Notes under the pieces: generated by a model
Told to the model about the DNA's origin: nothing
Seen by the model: only the letters and a program-made list of their open reading frames with translations
Databases searched by the model: none
Translations under genes and position numbers: made by a program
From: Adineta vaga
Taxonomy: Eukaryota; Animalia; Rotifera
Length of the DNA stretch: 64,000 nucleotides
Assembly (NCBI GenBank): GCA_021613535.1
Contig: CP075494.1
Location: forward strand, 10,788,001-10,852,000
Direction: 5' to 3'
Shown: positions 13,262 through 27,883 of the stretch, piece by piece
Numbering within the stretch: the stretch's first letter is position 1
Layout of the letters: each line of letters starts with the position of its first letter

Positions 13262-15626
13262 ATTTTATTCTCTACTTGTACATATAGTTATATGAATTTC
13301 TTTTCTCTTTTTTTGACAATAAATATGCAACGTAAATAGATTGTTTTTTTTTAAAAGTTAAACTATGATATGAAACGAATCGTAAGAAGACAAGAAGCAT
13401 AATATATAACTGAATAAGAATTGATTGAAGCCACAATCATAGTTCTTGGAAATTCATTTTCCTGAGATCAGTTACTAGTTTTCGTTGTCAGAACAAGGAC
13501 ACTCAGACATGAAGTTACAAGACAAAAAGAAGAATTTTTCTAAAATATACCTCTCCAACTCGAACGCTATGGTTCATTTATCTGCTATAAAGATACTATT
13601 GATCATTTTTTACTGTTCAAAGCTGTGGTTAAAGTAAAAATCAAAAAAAAAACTCACACTAATTTTCTCGAAACTGATCGTTTTTTCACCAAATCCTTCG
13701 ACTTCAGACTGAAATCGATTTATAAATGGTTTCAAATAAATAAAAACTATTGTTAGCATGTCCTCAATATGAAATTATCTATTGGGCTTTCGTAAAATAT
13801 CGAGAATATCTACAGTATTAGTAATTTTTAAATAAGCGATAATGAATTTTTCTTTTTGCCGTGTAAAACTGTTATATGATAACGATTTTGAATAAGTGAA
13901 TTTGTGCCATAAACCATTACCTATCTTCATATTTTTAGTCTTTAGTTAAAATTTTTAACTTGTCATTGAACTTTGTAAATGGTGAGCAAAAATCGAGAAT
14001 TTGAATCGTGTCAACGATTCTCACGCATGATCACCACAAGCTTATATATAACAGGAGGAAACTTTTCTCAGATTCATTTATAACCTTGGACCTTATCCTT
14101 CAAAGTAAAGGTAGAATCATCATTGTAATAATGATTTGTTAATGGCAACTAAAAAATTTGTAACGAAGCTATCATTTAAAAATCATTTTCATCCTATGAA
14201 AGTAATGTTTAGTGTCAAATAGTAGTAAATATATACAATAGACATCCAAATCGCATCGATATCATAGGTTGCATTCATAACTGATCTTTCAATCTTATTT
14301 AGTCCTTACGAGACTATCTTATCAAATATAATATCCGACGTTTGTTGTGCGACATTGGTTGTCTCGATCATATCTTAACAAATATGGATCTACTCTGTCT
14401 CTCTCTCTCCATATATATATAATTAATAATTAACAATATGTTTCAAATTGTTTTTCTTTCTATTCATATCAATGAAGAGAAAAAAATTCGATCATCATAC
14501 ATATTAACCTTGTACAATTCTATTGTTAATTTTTTCAATCATACATCTCATCAGTTTCAATGTCATCCATACGCATGTACAACTATTGATTTCAATAGAC
14601 ATCGACATGATGAATTAAAAAAAGACTGCCTATCGATCATAAAGTGTATATGTATGTAGTCGAGATGTTCATTGTTCTATTTTCACCTTTCCACCTACTA
14701 CGATTAAAAGAAGTATATTCAAGGACTATCATCTTTTATATCCGGAGAGTTGTTTGTTGATCGATGAGTATATTATACAATTATGCATTCCTACCCTTGA
14801 AATCACTCGTTTGTACGTACTCATATAAAAGAGAGAGAGTAAGCAACAAAAAAAAAGGAAATCTGACCTAAGTAGGCAAGCTTGGATTAATTCTTTGACA
14901 GTTTCTATTGATTCGACTTCAGGCAGTGACGATGAGGCTTCGTTTATATTTGTATATTCTCTTGAAATATAGTCGATTATTCATTCAGTATACGATTTCA
15001 CGCTCTCTTTCTCTATTCTCAAACAAATCTCTTTTATTCCTATTTCATATTCACTCTGTTTCTAACATTCGAAACAATCGTTCAATTGACAGATAAATCT
15101 TGTCATTCACCATAAATAATTATTACATCATCTTTTTTTTATCAGACCTCCTGTTTGTTGTTATTGGTACGACTCCGCTGGCTCGATGATATCCATCTTG
15201 ACATATGTAGTGCATATATGTATATACAAGTTTTATGATTGAATAATTGAGCATCATATTTCAATTGGACAGAGATTTCCAAATCCACTTGAATCAGTTT
15301 TCATTGACATCTTCTCTGTTCAATATTTGAACAAAAGAGGAATTGTGTGCATGTGTATACATATTTTTTCCCTCTCTCTTAGTGACTCTCTACACATACC
15401 TGTATCAAGTACATCGTTGATTCGAAGGTAAGAGGAAAGCAAAAAAATCGAACATTGTCAAACGCCGACGGTCAATTGATGTTAACCTTTGCTTACGGAT
15501 GAGATATCCTTATATATGTATGTATGTTGATTTAGTTGTAGTAGTCACCATCAAGTTTTGATAAAAACAGTAGAACAAAAAAAAAGGTTATTCTAGATTT
15601 ATTTTTTCTATGGTAATGTTCACCAG

Positions 15627-18062
15627 ATGAATCTTATGCGAATGGTATGTATATATATATAGATGTGTGTGTGTTGTTTAGTGATGAATTACTCTTGATA
15701 TGTTTATGTTTAGCATCAATGTGGCAATGTCAATTACCATTGTCAAGTAAAGGAAAGTCTTGTTGATGATAATAATAGAGCGACATTTACGCGAACAGTT
15801 TATCAAGTTGATGCAACAACGATATGGTAAGTCATTTTGTGTGTGTAGTGAAAATTGAAGTAATCAGAACCGGATGTTTTCTTTTTTCTATAGTCGAATT
15901 ATTAAACGAAATGAATATCAATGTTTGTATAAATCATTTGGTCAACTACTTTATCTTGCTTCGAAAGATCGACAAAGAAAAAAAAGTCGACATCAAATAG
16001 ATAATCTTCTGTTATTACAAAATGTACAAGATTTAAGTACGTGACATTGATATATCGATAAAAAAATGACTGAAATATTTGTTTTTATTTGATTAGTTCC
16101 TATTGCTATTCATTGGAATCTATCTCAATGTACGACTAGTGATGTAGAAGATCTTGTGTCATTTATCGATCCATTTATAACACTTCGAGAAGTAGATAAT
16201 AAAATTCTCATTTTATTGATCACTTTTTCTTTCTCGTTCTCGTTTTTCTTCGTGTTCTAGTTGTTCTATGACGTGACTACTAATGATACTCCTATCAAAC
16301 AATTGAACCTCATTGGTCTCATTTGTTTTTATGGTGGTTCGATCGAAGTATTTTTCTCCTATGAACATTCCATCTGTAAATGGCTCTTCTGTTTTGATGG
16401 GAATATAACCGTAGTGAACGATTGGAATGCTGTTCGTAGTAAATGTATTGATTTTCATCTTCAACCATTTTTGCTTATATATGTTAATTCACAACAAAAT
16501 CCTGTTGATATAACTCAATTACTCAGACGAACTGTGATTCAAGAGAAAAGTAAGAATAATATTGGAAGTTTATTCAGTATTTTTAATTAAAAGAAAACGA
16601 AATGAAGACTTGAAATTTGTGATTACGTCAGTAATAGTGTAGGTTATTCTGACTATACAATCGCAATTATCCATCCCGTTCAGTGATTGCTTTTGTTATG
16701 TTACGATATCTGTATGTTAGAAGAGAGAGTGAGAGTGAGAGTGAGAGTGAGAAAGAAGAATAGTGATGAACGGCAAATGTGTAGTTCGTTGTTCTTTCTT
16801 CTTTTCTTCTTCTCCTCCTGTCATTTATCGCGCATGATTAGAAAAATAACACCAACTGGTTACGTCTTTTCTTATTTACAGTTCTACCTTGCGAAAGAAG
16901 ATTAGAACCTTCAATACGTTCAATGACAAAACAAGAACAATATCAATGCAATGTAAACATATTTCAACATGATTTCGAAGATCCTTCAAAAATTTGTTCA
17001 TTTGCTTCATTAAATTCTTCCATGTTATTTCTTCCCAAATCAACATCACCTCCTACATCATCTTATATCAATCAAGAAACAGTTGCTAAAGTCATGCAAC
17101 AACAACTATCGAAGAAAGGCGAATCATTATCTGATATCACATCACCTCTTGTTCATATTCGAACACAAAAACAAAAAATGGATGAAACATTATCTAGTGG
17201 AGATTCTTCAACATCATCATCATTATCATCACAACGTGATTCTGGTTTAGGTAGTGGTATTACTGATGGTTCAAGTGATGATAGCCTTACCGACAGTACT
17301 GACCCGACCGAACAAATGATGAGTAAGTTGAAATCTATCCTATCCACATCTGTGTCTATGTTTTTTGTTTATTTATAATATCGATCTGAATTTCAAGTCT
17401 TCTCTTGTTTTCCTTTTGATTCAGATGATACTCATTTGGATATGACATTGGCATCAATTGAATATTATCTCGAACAATCATTGAAGTATGAAAGTGCAAG
17501 TCATTATTCATCTGCATTAGAATCTTGCCAACGAGCATTAACACTAATTGATCAAATACTTTATCTTCATCACAATAATAATACACGTATAACAACTTAT
17601 CTTCGACCTAGGAAAAATAGTTTGTTATTACGAATCCGTTCATTGAAAAGACGACAAATAGAATATGAAGAATCGAATCCAATCCCAGTTAAACCTGTCG
17701 AGAGCAAGCAAGAAAATAAATTATCAATATTAACTTCTTCTACTCGATTATTATCTCGTCCGAAAAAGAATGTCAAATTTTCCGATAATGTCGCACTAAT
17801 TGTTCCAAGATTCGATGATGATAATGAAGCACCTCGAGAACATTTAATTCATTCCTTCTTAAGAAACATACATAAACAACAACAACAACAAAAACATCAA
17901 GATTCTGAAACCGATTCACCATCATCATCAATGAATGATATACCCATTGGTTTAATTGAATGTACACTTTGTCATAAACGAATTTCGAATACAAATCATA
18001 TTGGCAATTATTGTTCGAACTGTCATTTTTATATGCAAAGATTTCAACCTATAAATTCATAA
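15627..18062 (+). CDS. USP54: USP53/USP54/echinus-like protein, likely catalytically inactive (partial USP fold, MIT-like helical bundle, C-terminal Cys4 finger)
   Basis: Exons 15714-15826, 15894-16036, 16097-16191, 16261-16549, 16882-~17322 and 17425-18062 splice in frame. LNLIGLICFYG...KWLFCFDG...WNAVRSKCIDFHLQPFLLIYVN resembles the C-terminal USP part of USP53/54. Also SQRDSG motif, MIT-like EQSLKYESASHYSSALESCQRAL...LLRIRSL, KKNVKFSD, and CTLC...YCSNCHFYM. Start uncertain. Confidence 0.75.
16723..16750. repeat. (GAGAGT)n hexamer repeat
   Basis: About 4 tandem copies in an intron of the USP54-like gene. Confidence 0.8.
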
Positions 18063-18955
18063 AAATAGACAATGTTCAATCTCTCGTATATACCCATATT
18101 CTGGTGCTAATATTTTTTCGTATTTATTCCTTTTTTTTGTTCTCGTTTGTGAAGAGAACGACATTTTGACAATAAAACACTTCTTTATATAATTCACAGA
18201 ATGAAAAAGCCAGAAGCATATTCACGAATAGTAAGATGATGAGGTATGAAAAAGAAAAGAACAAATCAAGGGTAACTTCAACGATCTATATAGTTTAGGT
18301 CCTACATCTATTTAACCAATTTTCTTTTCTAATTCAATTTTGTATTGAATTGACGATTTCTAAAATCTTCGTCATATTTAATAACTATCAACAATCGTAT
18401 AAATGATACTCATTAGATTGGAACAGAAGAGAAAGTAATGTAAGATTGTCTCATTGCTACCAAATTTCAATACAAACACAGATTTACTAAAAAATGAAAA
18501 ACGCTTGAGGTGAGCGTTTTCCTATAAGCACACAGCACATATATTTAGTATCCAACTGATTAAGGAAGAAGTATGTTACAGAATTCTTTCCAAGACGAAT
18601 TACATGAACTTATAAATATCAAATCTAACATTATTGCCAGAAAGTAATACATGATCTTCTTACTAACGTAAAAAATCATAGATATTTGAATTTGGATATC
18701 TCTAAAAACAAACATACTTGTTTAGAATTAGAAATAAAGTCGTATTCACTACAACAAAACTATAGAGTGCATTTAAGTTCATGGAATATCAAAAAAATAT
18801 TGATTTCAAATGATTTTTCATGTTCAATACACTGACAAACTAGAACTATTTTTCTTTGATTTTCTTTTTGAAAATAGCAGAGTATGATACTAGTCTAATG
18901 AATCATTGATTAAGTATAGAGAGATGACTAATGAAAATCGTGCATATTTCACTTA

Positions 18956-20822
18956 ATGGCACATGAAATCATCACTATTGATTCATATCTCGATGAAGTA
19001 TCGATTTCAAGGCCGATTTATGGTTCCATAGAACATTTTCTCTCGTTACGATATGATCTATCACAGGATAAAACACTTTCAAAACGTGCAAAGTAAGCTA
19101 ATTCAATATTTTCCATTGTATATTAAAATATGTCACAGACGGTTTTATAAACATCAAAATACAATGATTGATAGATATGCTAGTCTTCTAAATCAAGTTT
19201 CTGAACAAAATATCGATCAAACAACGAGAAAACTATCAAATCGTGTAAGAATTCTAACGATTCTGTCTCTAGTCATAAACATCGTAATTGATTCTATCAG
19301 TTCATTCGAAAAAAAACAGAAATATTTAAGCTAACTTTTAGTGTTTATTTTTCCTGAAAATCATTGCATCAATTCTTTCAAATTCTTTATCGGTTATATC
19401 CAGTGTTGTTGATTCTGCTGTTGATTTGATTTCAAGCTTAATTCTATTCTGGACTGCACGTGCTATACGTAATCGAAATCAATATCAATATCCTGCTGGA
19501 CGAACACGTCTTGAACCCATCGCAATCATCATTCTTTCTGTAATTATGTGTTCAGCATCGGTTGAAATCCTTACTGAAGCATTAAAACGATTATTTACTT
19601 ATATCAGATATCTTACTCATCATACTAATGAAATTCCTGAAGTGAATATGAATATTAAACAACCGATTCCAATCATTGCAATGTGTATAACTATCAGTAA
19701 GAAATTCAATTAGATTTGAGAATGTTATGAGAAGTTCTTCACTTATAATTATTTACGCATACTTAATATTGATTTTTCGACCGATTTCAATCATTTATAT
19801 TCTCCTTGAGTATAAAAAGTAAACTTGTTCTTGCATCAAAATTTTACTAACCTTTTCCTCACATATTATCACACAACATTCTCCCATTCTCAATTGATAC
19901 TTCAGTTCAACGCATTGATTCAAGTAGGAAATAATTATCAACCTATAATTACCATTTTTTCCTTCACTGAATCACCTCAACAAATATCATGTCTAATTTG
20001 TTTCCGTTCTTGTTGTGACGAACAGAATAGACTTTTCTTCTATTTCTTAGTACTAAAAATTACCTTGTACTATTTTTGTCGGGACGTACAAGTGGAAACG
20101 ATTAAAGCACTTGCACAAGATCATCGAAATGATATTCTGTCCAATTGTATAGCCTTGATTTCTGGTTTGATTGGTAAGAGATTTACTGGATGAGAAAAAA
20201 AAAACTTTTTTTTCTTCTTTCCTTTTCCTATATTGCGGAAATTGATTATTTAGCTGGTCAAACGCTTTCCGGACAAATCAATATCCGATTTATTATGATT
20301 GATCCAAGTAAAGAATCAGATTTGCTGTAATTCAATTCATAATCTATCTAGTTGGTGCCATCATCATATCGATATGCATCATTATTTCCTGGGTTCTACA
20401 AGCAACATGTAAGCTACATGTAAACTTTCCTTCACAATCTTGAAAACTTTTATTTTTGAAAAGTACATATTCGTCATTTAACTGGCGTGACTGCTAATCC
20501 TGATTTTCTTAAAGTTATTACTTGGATTGCAATGAATTTTTCTCCATATCTAACAAAAATCGACATGGTTAAAGCATTTCATTTTGGTACTGATCTGCTT
20601 GTTGAAGGTAGAGAAAAGTAAATTCTATGTATGCTGAATAATCTCATTTACATTGTTGTTTCAGTCGATATTGGATTACCAGGTAATATGCAAATTCAAC
20701 AAGCGCATGATATCGGAAATCATCTTCAAAGAAAATTAGAAACTATGCCTGAAATCGCACGTGCTTTTGTCCATATTGATTATGAATTTGAACATCAACC
20801 TGATGAACATAAAAAAATCTAA
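18956..20822 (+). CDS. Cation diffusion facilitator, Mn-CDF type (MTP8/MTP11-like metal tolerance protein)
   Basis: RFYKHQNTMID N-terminal motif, TM2 DSAVD, YPAGRTRLEP, TM5 AQDHRND, and C-terminal VEVDIGLP...AHDIG..LQRKLE.MPEIARAFVHIDYE. Multi-exon with GT-AG introns. Confidence 0.9.
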
Positions 20823-21084
20823 TCAAGAGGAAAGAAATATGGTTAGCAAATAAGATTGCTTGGTACTGTCAATCTTATCATCATCATTATTATCATTATC
20901 ATCGAACAGATATAACAATTAATCACATCCTTAGAACAATTGTTGATTTGGAAGAGCCAGAGAAAATAACACTATTAAACCATCTGGAAATCCGTTCGAA
21001 TGAATCTTTTGAATGTCATTCAACATGTTATCCGTTTAACTCATTATATCGCGCTAAGCATCGATGTGTTCACCAGAGATATTT

Positions 21085-21113
21085 TTCTTCTTCTTCTTCT
21101 TCTTCTTCTTCTT
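21085..21113. repeat. (TTC)n microsatellite
   Basis: About 9 units between the CDF and stomatin genes. Confidence 0.85.
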
Positions 21114-21696
21114 TTTTCATCACACATATAAAGCAGAAAGCAACATTTATGCAATTTCCTTTCTAGAAAAGATGATGATGACGACAACGATGTTGAATGA
21201 TTTAGCTATTCCCGTCGTCACCGACAAGAGCCATGCCGATAAACTAATATCAATCTTATATAAAAAAAAATGTCTAGAAGAAGGAAGATGAAGATGAAAT
21301 TATTAACGTATATGCTTTCTAACTGTCTATATAGAATGCGCGTGTGCAAAAGCAAGTGTTTTAGATGTTGATGAAAGAAGAAACGAGAGCCGCAGGAAAT
21401 CTTTTCAGAGAAAGAAAGAGAAGGAGAGAGTAACTAGCTATATCTACTATTTTGTGATCGACAAGATCGTCACTCATCTTCTCTCCTAATTCGAACTTGA
21501 AGAGAAAATCTCATGTCTTTAGAAGGATCTACAATGTAATACTTCTTGATGTTTTCTTTCTTCTCATACTACTTTATTGAACGAATGACTACTTATTACA
21601 TATGAATCAGACAACAACAATAATCATTCCGAACATCTCAGTAAATGTCAATATTTACATTTAACTTAAATTGAAAACTTAAACAAGATTATCCGA

Positions 21697-24600
21697 ATGC
21701 GTCATAACGGAAAACACCCACATTCACACCCGCAACAACAACAACAGCACTATAATTGGAAATCAGATGATGAACGACGAACACGATCAGTAACAGCATC
21801 GATTCAAGGTTCAACAAATAATAATAGTGTCGGTAATTTTACTCATGAAAACACTCCTACAGGTATCTTATAGATTGAAATGTTGTTTAACAGATGTTAA
21901 TTTCATCAAGAGAAAATTGGCAATAACATAGATTGATAGTTGATCCTTGACAATTGTTAACATAATTGTCAAGGGACACAAAATCTTGTGTCATGTTTAC
22001 CCTGATATTAAGTGACATTGCAATTGTAATAAGGGTGTATAACAACGATAGTATCGGAAAATACAGATTTTCGTTCTCTCCCCCCCCCCCTCCTTCTCGA
22101 CAGACTGGCCAAACATGCTTAAATTAACTTACTAGGAAAAGAAAAAGAAGAAGAAGAAATAGAAACAGAAAAAAAGAAATCGTGGAACCAACGAAGAGAT
22201 CAAATCGAATCGATAAGCAGATCAGTTCTCGGCATTCTATATAATTCTTTTATGTAAAGCACTCAATCTAGAAAGATTCATTCGATCGGAATGCAACCGC
22301 GACGACGATCTTCTTCAAGACAGAGAATCGCTGCAGCGATCTATCGTTGGACAGGTGAGAACAGAAACTAGACTTCATTGAAGCAATTACTAAATATCGC
22401 TTTTATCTAATCAATTTAAACACACTTGTCACAATGTAAACAAATAATTCATATTAAGAAGAACTAAAACAAATGATGGAATGGTGCATGATCATCAGCA
22501 CCATCCATTCATTGGTATTGTTGTCACTGTTGTTCTCAGTTTCTCTCTTTCTCTCCATTTAATAAGAAATTATTACTATGATTTCATCAAAAGTACTGAA
22601 CTTTTAGATGGTCTCTCTAGAGAAACAAACGACGATAGATTGATCAATTTTTCACATGTCATTGAATGAAGTTAGATCAGATTTCATCTAGATATGACTG
22701 ACTGTCCTGTCTTGTATATATAGACCACCAAGAGACATCCAATTATATAATTGGAACGTGGTTTGTATGTGAATAGGACAACATAAAAGAAGGAGTAGTA
22801 TAGAGACTAGCAAGAGGAAGAGAAAGAGCAAGAGAGATGGAAGAGGATCGTTCTGATGACTCGAAAGCTGAGAAAAGAGAAGAGAAAGGAGAAGAAGAAG
22901 AAGAAGAAGAAGAAGAAGAAGAAAAAAAGAAGAAGACAACGGAAATACATTTACGGTGAATCGCAAAACACGATTGTTCGATAGTGGATATGTTTGTGTG
23001 ACATCAAGCATTCGTTTTCATGGACGCTTCATCATTAGATCGAAGATCGATGAGACCAACAAGTAAGAATAAAAACTTTTGCAATATGGATATTATCAAA
23101 ACTAAACATCAGTTTTTTTCTGTCAATTAATGTTTCTTGATGAAATTATCATAAAGACAAAAATCGCATTAGACAGAAAAATGACATGATGAATCTTTCG
23201 AAATCAATAGTGACAGGCAAAATATAGATACATGTATATATATATATAAACACTTTCTGGTCTTAGAAGCCGATAGTGTAGCAAATAGAACATAAACGAC
23301 AATAGAGTAGTTAGCAGCAACAATTCTTATTGTCCTACTTAAGAGCTAATAATGTCAGGAACAATATAGACGATTATTACTAAGAAAAAAATGGTAATCG
23401 AAGAAGCAAATAGATCTCATGAATTACATGGGCAATACCGTCATCATAGACCTATAAGCGATAATCTTCAATCATCAATGTCTGTAATACATAGTGGTAA
23501 TAGGATTGCTTTCTTCTTGATGAAATAAACATTATTTTTCTGGCATTATTATTTTTTCTAAAGAGATTTCGTTTTTCTTAGGTTCTCATGAAGATTATAG
23601 TCTTGGCCTTTGCGGTTATATATTACTTTTTCTATCATATGCACTCATCTGTTTAACCTTTCCATTTTCACTAACTGTTTGTCTGAAAGTAAGAAAAACA
23701 ATTGTGTTCTTTTTTTTGTTCATTTGATAATTTTTATGAGATAATTTAGGTTGTTCAAGAATATGAACGTGCTGTCATGTTTCGATTGGGTCGTATCCTT
23801 GGTGGTGCCAAGGTATATTTCCGTTTTTCTTTCATAGAGATCATATTTATGGTTATCTCTGCTTGAATTATATAGGGACCTGGTCTGTTTATCATAGTAC
23901 CATGCGTTGATGCCTATACCAAAGTTGATTTAAGAACCGTGACATTTGATGTACCACCACAGGAGGTTTGTTTCGAGTCATTAATATAAACCCGTTTTTA
24001 TTGTTTATATATATATATATATATATTTGTAGATTTTAACGAAAGATTCTGTCACAGTTGCAGTTGATGCTGTGGTTTATTTCCGAGTATTCGATCCTGT
24101 CATATCTATTACCAATGTTGAAGATGCACCGAAAAGTACTCAATTGCTTGCGGCAACAAGTTTACGTAACGTGTTAGTGATATGAATTTCTAAGTCGTAG
24201 AATATTTGAATATATATGATTTTCTTTTTCTCGGATTAGTCTTGGTACAAAATCATTACAAGAAATATTGTCTGATCGAGAATCAATTGCGCAAACAATG
24301 CAGGTCAATTAGTCGATGATAATCTATTTTCCAGAAAATGATAACAATAGTTCTTCTTTTCTTTCTCTTTAGGCTGCTTTAGATGAAGGTACAGAATGTT
24401 GGGGAGTTCGAGTCGAACGTGTAGAAGTGTAAGTAGTTGATATCAAACGATCTCTTCATGGTTAATTTATGTTCTCGGTTTTTATTTTGTAGAAAAGATG
24501 TTCGATTACCCGTTCAACTACAAAGGTAAATAATTGAATTAGTACAGTTCATTGATCAGCTTTCTTTCATTGATAGAGCAATGGCAGCTGAAGCAGAAGC

Positions 24601-25083
24601 AGCACGAGAAGCGCGTGCTAAAGTAATTGCTGCTGAAGGTGAACAAAAAGCATCGAGGTATAGAAACGATCAAATCCTTTGTATTCTATTCATAAAAAAA
24701 ACAATATCTTGTTTAATTAGAGCATTGAAGGACGCTGCCGATGTTATCATGCAATCACCAACCGCTCTTCAACTTCGATATTTACAAACATTAACAACAA
24801 TTGCATCAGAAAAAAATTCAACTATTGTATTTCCAATTCCGGTAATGAAGATGATGACTGGACTTTCCATATCTTCTTATCTAGAAACTGAATTATGAAG
24901 ATTATTTTGAGAGAAAAAGGTTCTTTTAAATTTCTTTTCTCACATCATCAGATCACATCCGAGTTTCAACAAAAGAACAACATTAGTTTATTTTCTTGCT
25001 ATGAATATTGATTGTCTCTTTTTCTTTCTTTCTTCTAGATTGAATTAATGCAAGCGGCTATTGGAAAATTTCACACGACATAG
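21697..25083 (+). CDS. STOM: Stomatin / band-7 (SPFH) protein, mec-2-like, with alternative first exons
   Basis: Common exon from 23582 ([28 protein letters not shown]), then [95 protein letters not shown], and last exon [14 protein letters not shown] (25081-25083). Confidence 0.92.
22891..22923. repeat. (GAA)n microsatellite
   Basis: About 11 units within a purine-rich tract upstream of the third stomatin first exon. Confidence 0.9.
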
Positions 25084-25337
25084 TGGCTTTTTCATCGTCA
25101 AATCTTTGTGAACTAAACATTCATTTATTCTCTGTTTGTCGATCGATGATATATTTGATAGAAACAAAAAGAAAACAGTATTGTAATATATATTTTTTTT
25201 TCAAAGAGCGAAAAAAAGCGGATGTTATAGATAGACAGACAGATAGACACATCACGTGCACATACATTTGAGTAAGCGACAAAAAAAGAGAGAATGAATA
25301 AGAATGAGTCTGGTCAGAATGAATTATTTCTATTTCT

Positions 25338-26605
<1,268 letters not shown>

Positions 26606-26786
26606 TTAATAAAAGGAAATTGAAACAATGATAAAATATATTTTATTGCTGCCTACTCGCGTTTCTCTCGATCGATGAATAATGCGCGCGTTCTTTTTTT
26701 TTGCTCTTCATGTTTTATTTCTCTCTCTCTCTCTGTCCCTCATGTATTTCAAGTATTCTATTAGTATATGTTTTGACCGACGATTA

Positions 26787-26796
26787 CCATATACGG
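26787..26796. promoter_or_regulatory. CArG-like box (candidate SRF site) upstream of actin
   Basis: CCATATACGG is CC(A/T)6GG with one mismatch, about 190 bp upstream of the actin ATG. Confidence 0.5.
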
Positions 26797-27283
26797 ACAT
26801 ATCAGGGTCGACGAGAGTGAAGAAGAAAAATGATGGTCATTGTTCTGATTGTATGGTGCAGTTTGATGAACGAAAAGATGAAGAAGAACAGGAAAACGAA
26901 TGTTTATTCATCGGTCAAATCGAGCTAGTTGTTTCTTCGTTGAAGACGAAACAAGCCTGACCGATAAAAGGTTAATAGAGCAACACAAAATGAGCGCTTG
27001 TTGTTTTCATACTTAAAGCTCATTCTCTTTCCGGTACTGACTAAATTTTCTTTTCTCTCGAGACGTTGTAAATAGCATCTTTTGTTTGAAATGTGTAAAC
27101 AGATGGTCTCATCTTCTTCTAAGCTAATCTAAACGATGTCTTTTAGTATTCAAATGACCTCTGTTTATTTCTTTTCACAATCGATAGACTCATTAATCAA
27201 GTTTAAAACTTTGAATTGATGATAAATTTCAAGATAAAAAACAAAATTTGTGACATAGATATTAAGTCAAACGAAATCTAAAA

Positions 27284-27883
27284 TTATTTGATTAAAAATT
27301 CAATCATTTTTCGATTTTGTTGCATATCATATGATTTTTGTTTCAATTCATCCAATGGATCATCTAATTCATCATCAAAATCGGTTGCTTGTCGTGTCCA
27401 TGAATTATCGTATTCAAGTTTATAAGCACCTAAAAAACGATGTGGACAACTACTATTTTTCGTTCCAAGAAGCCAATCTTGTGGATGCATAATGGAGAGA
27501 TATTTTTGTCCACTTTGCCTTTCATAATAATAATAAGTTTGTCCAGGTCGACGTACAAGATTACAAGCTGAATGATTTAATTCATCATCACGTTTAGCTT
27601 TTGCTAGAACTCGTTGTGCTTCTTGACGAAGAAAATTAACTTGATTAACAATGACTTGTAAACGATTTGATACATTTGCACGTATGAATGCATCACATGT
27701 TTCAATTTGTCGAGCTAAATTAACAAGATCTTGTGGATCCGAAACCGAATCATTTTGTGTATTAACAATCGTATGACCAAATGGACGTTTTTCACTTTCA
27801 ACTAATTGAACGCAAGTATCACCTTTCGATGGTGGAATAATATTTGATAAGACAAGATCACGAATTATTGGTTGAGAATCCAT
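27284..27883 (-). CDS. C1orf50: C1orf50-like (DUF2452) protein, single exon
   Basis: DPQDLVNLARQIETCDAFIRANVSNRLQVIVNQVNFL...LNHSACNLVRRPGQTYYYYERQSGQKYLSIMHPQDW...CPHRFLGAYKLEYDNSWT matches the family as recalled. Confidence 0.88.
   Translation of the reverse strand: MDSQPIIRDLVLSNIIPPSKGDTCVQLVESEKRPFGHTIVNTQNDSVSDPQDLVNLARQIETCDAFIRANVSNRLQVIVNQVNFLRQEAQRVLAKAKRDDELNHSACNLVRRPGQTYYYYERQSGQKYLSIMHPQDWLLGTKNSSCPHRFLGAYKLEYDNSWTRQATDFDDELDDPLDELKQKSYDMQQNRKMIEFLIK

Noticed and set aside
14000-14332. Minus-strand stretch reading MIETTNVAQQTSDIIFDKIVS*GLNKIERSV..., a possible pseudogene relic
   Set aside because: Multiple stops and no family recognised; cannot be supported without a tBLASTx/BLASTX search.
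14438-14659. ORF as the possible missing USP Cys-box exon
   Set aside because: No Cys-box motif and no convincing splice path to 15627/15714.
22853-22880. CTGATGA...GAAA hammerhead-like core (also near 1530 and 61390)
   Set aside because: Stem II and flanking helices cannot be formed with the correct geometry.
22688-23011. 107-aa Leu-rich minus-strand ORF
   Set aside because: Artefact of the (GAA)n purine tract.
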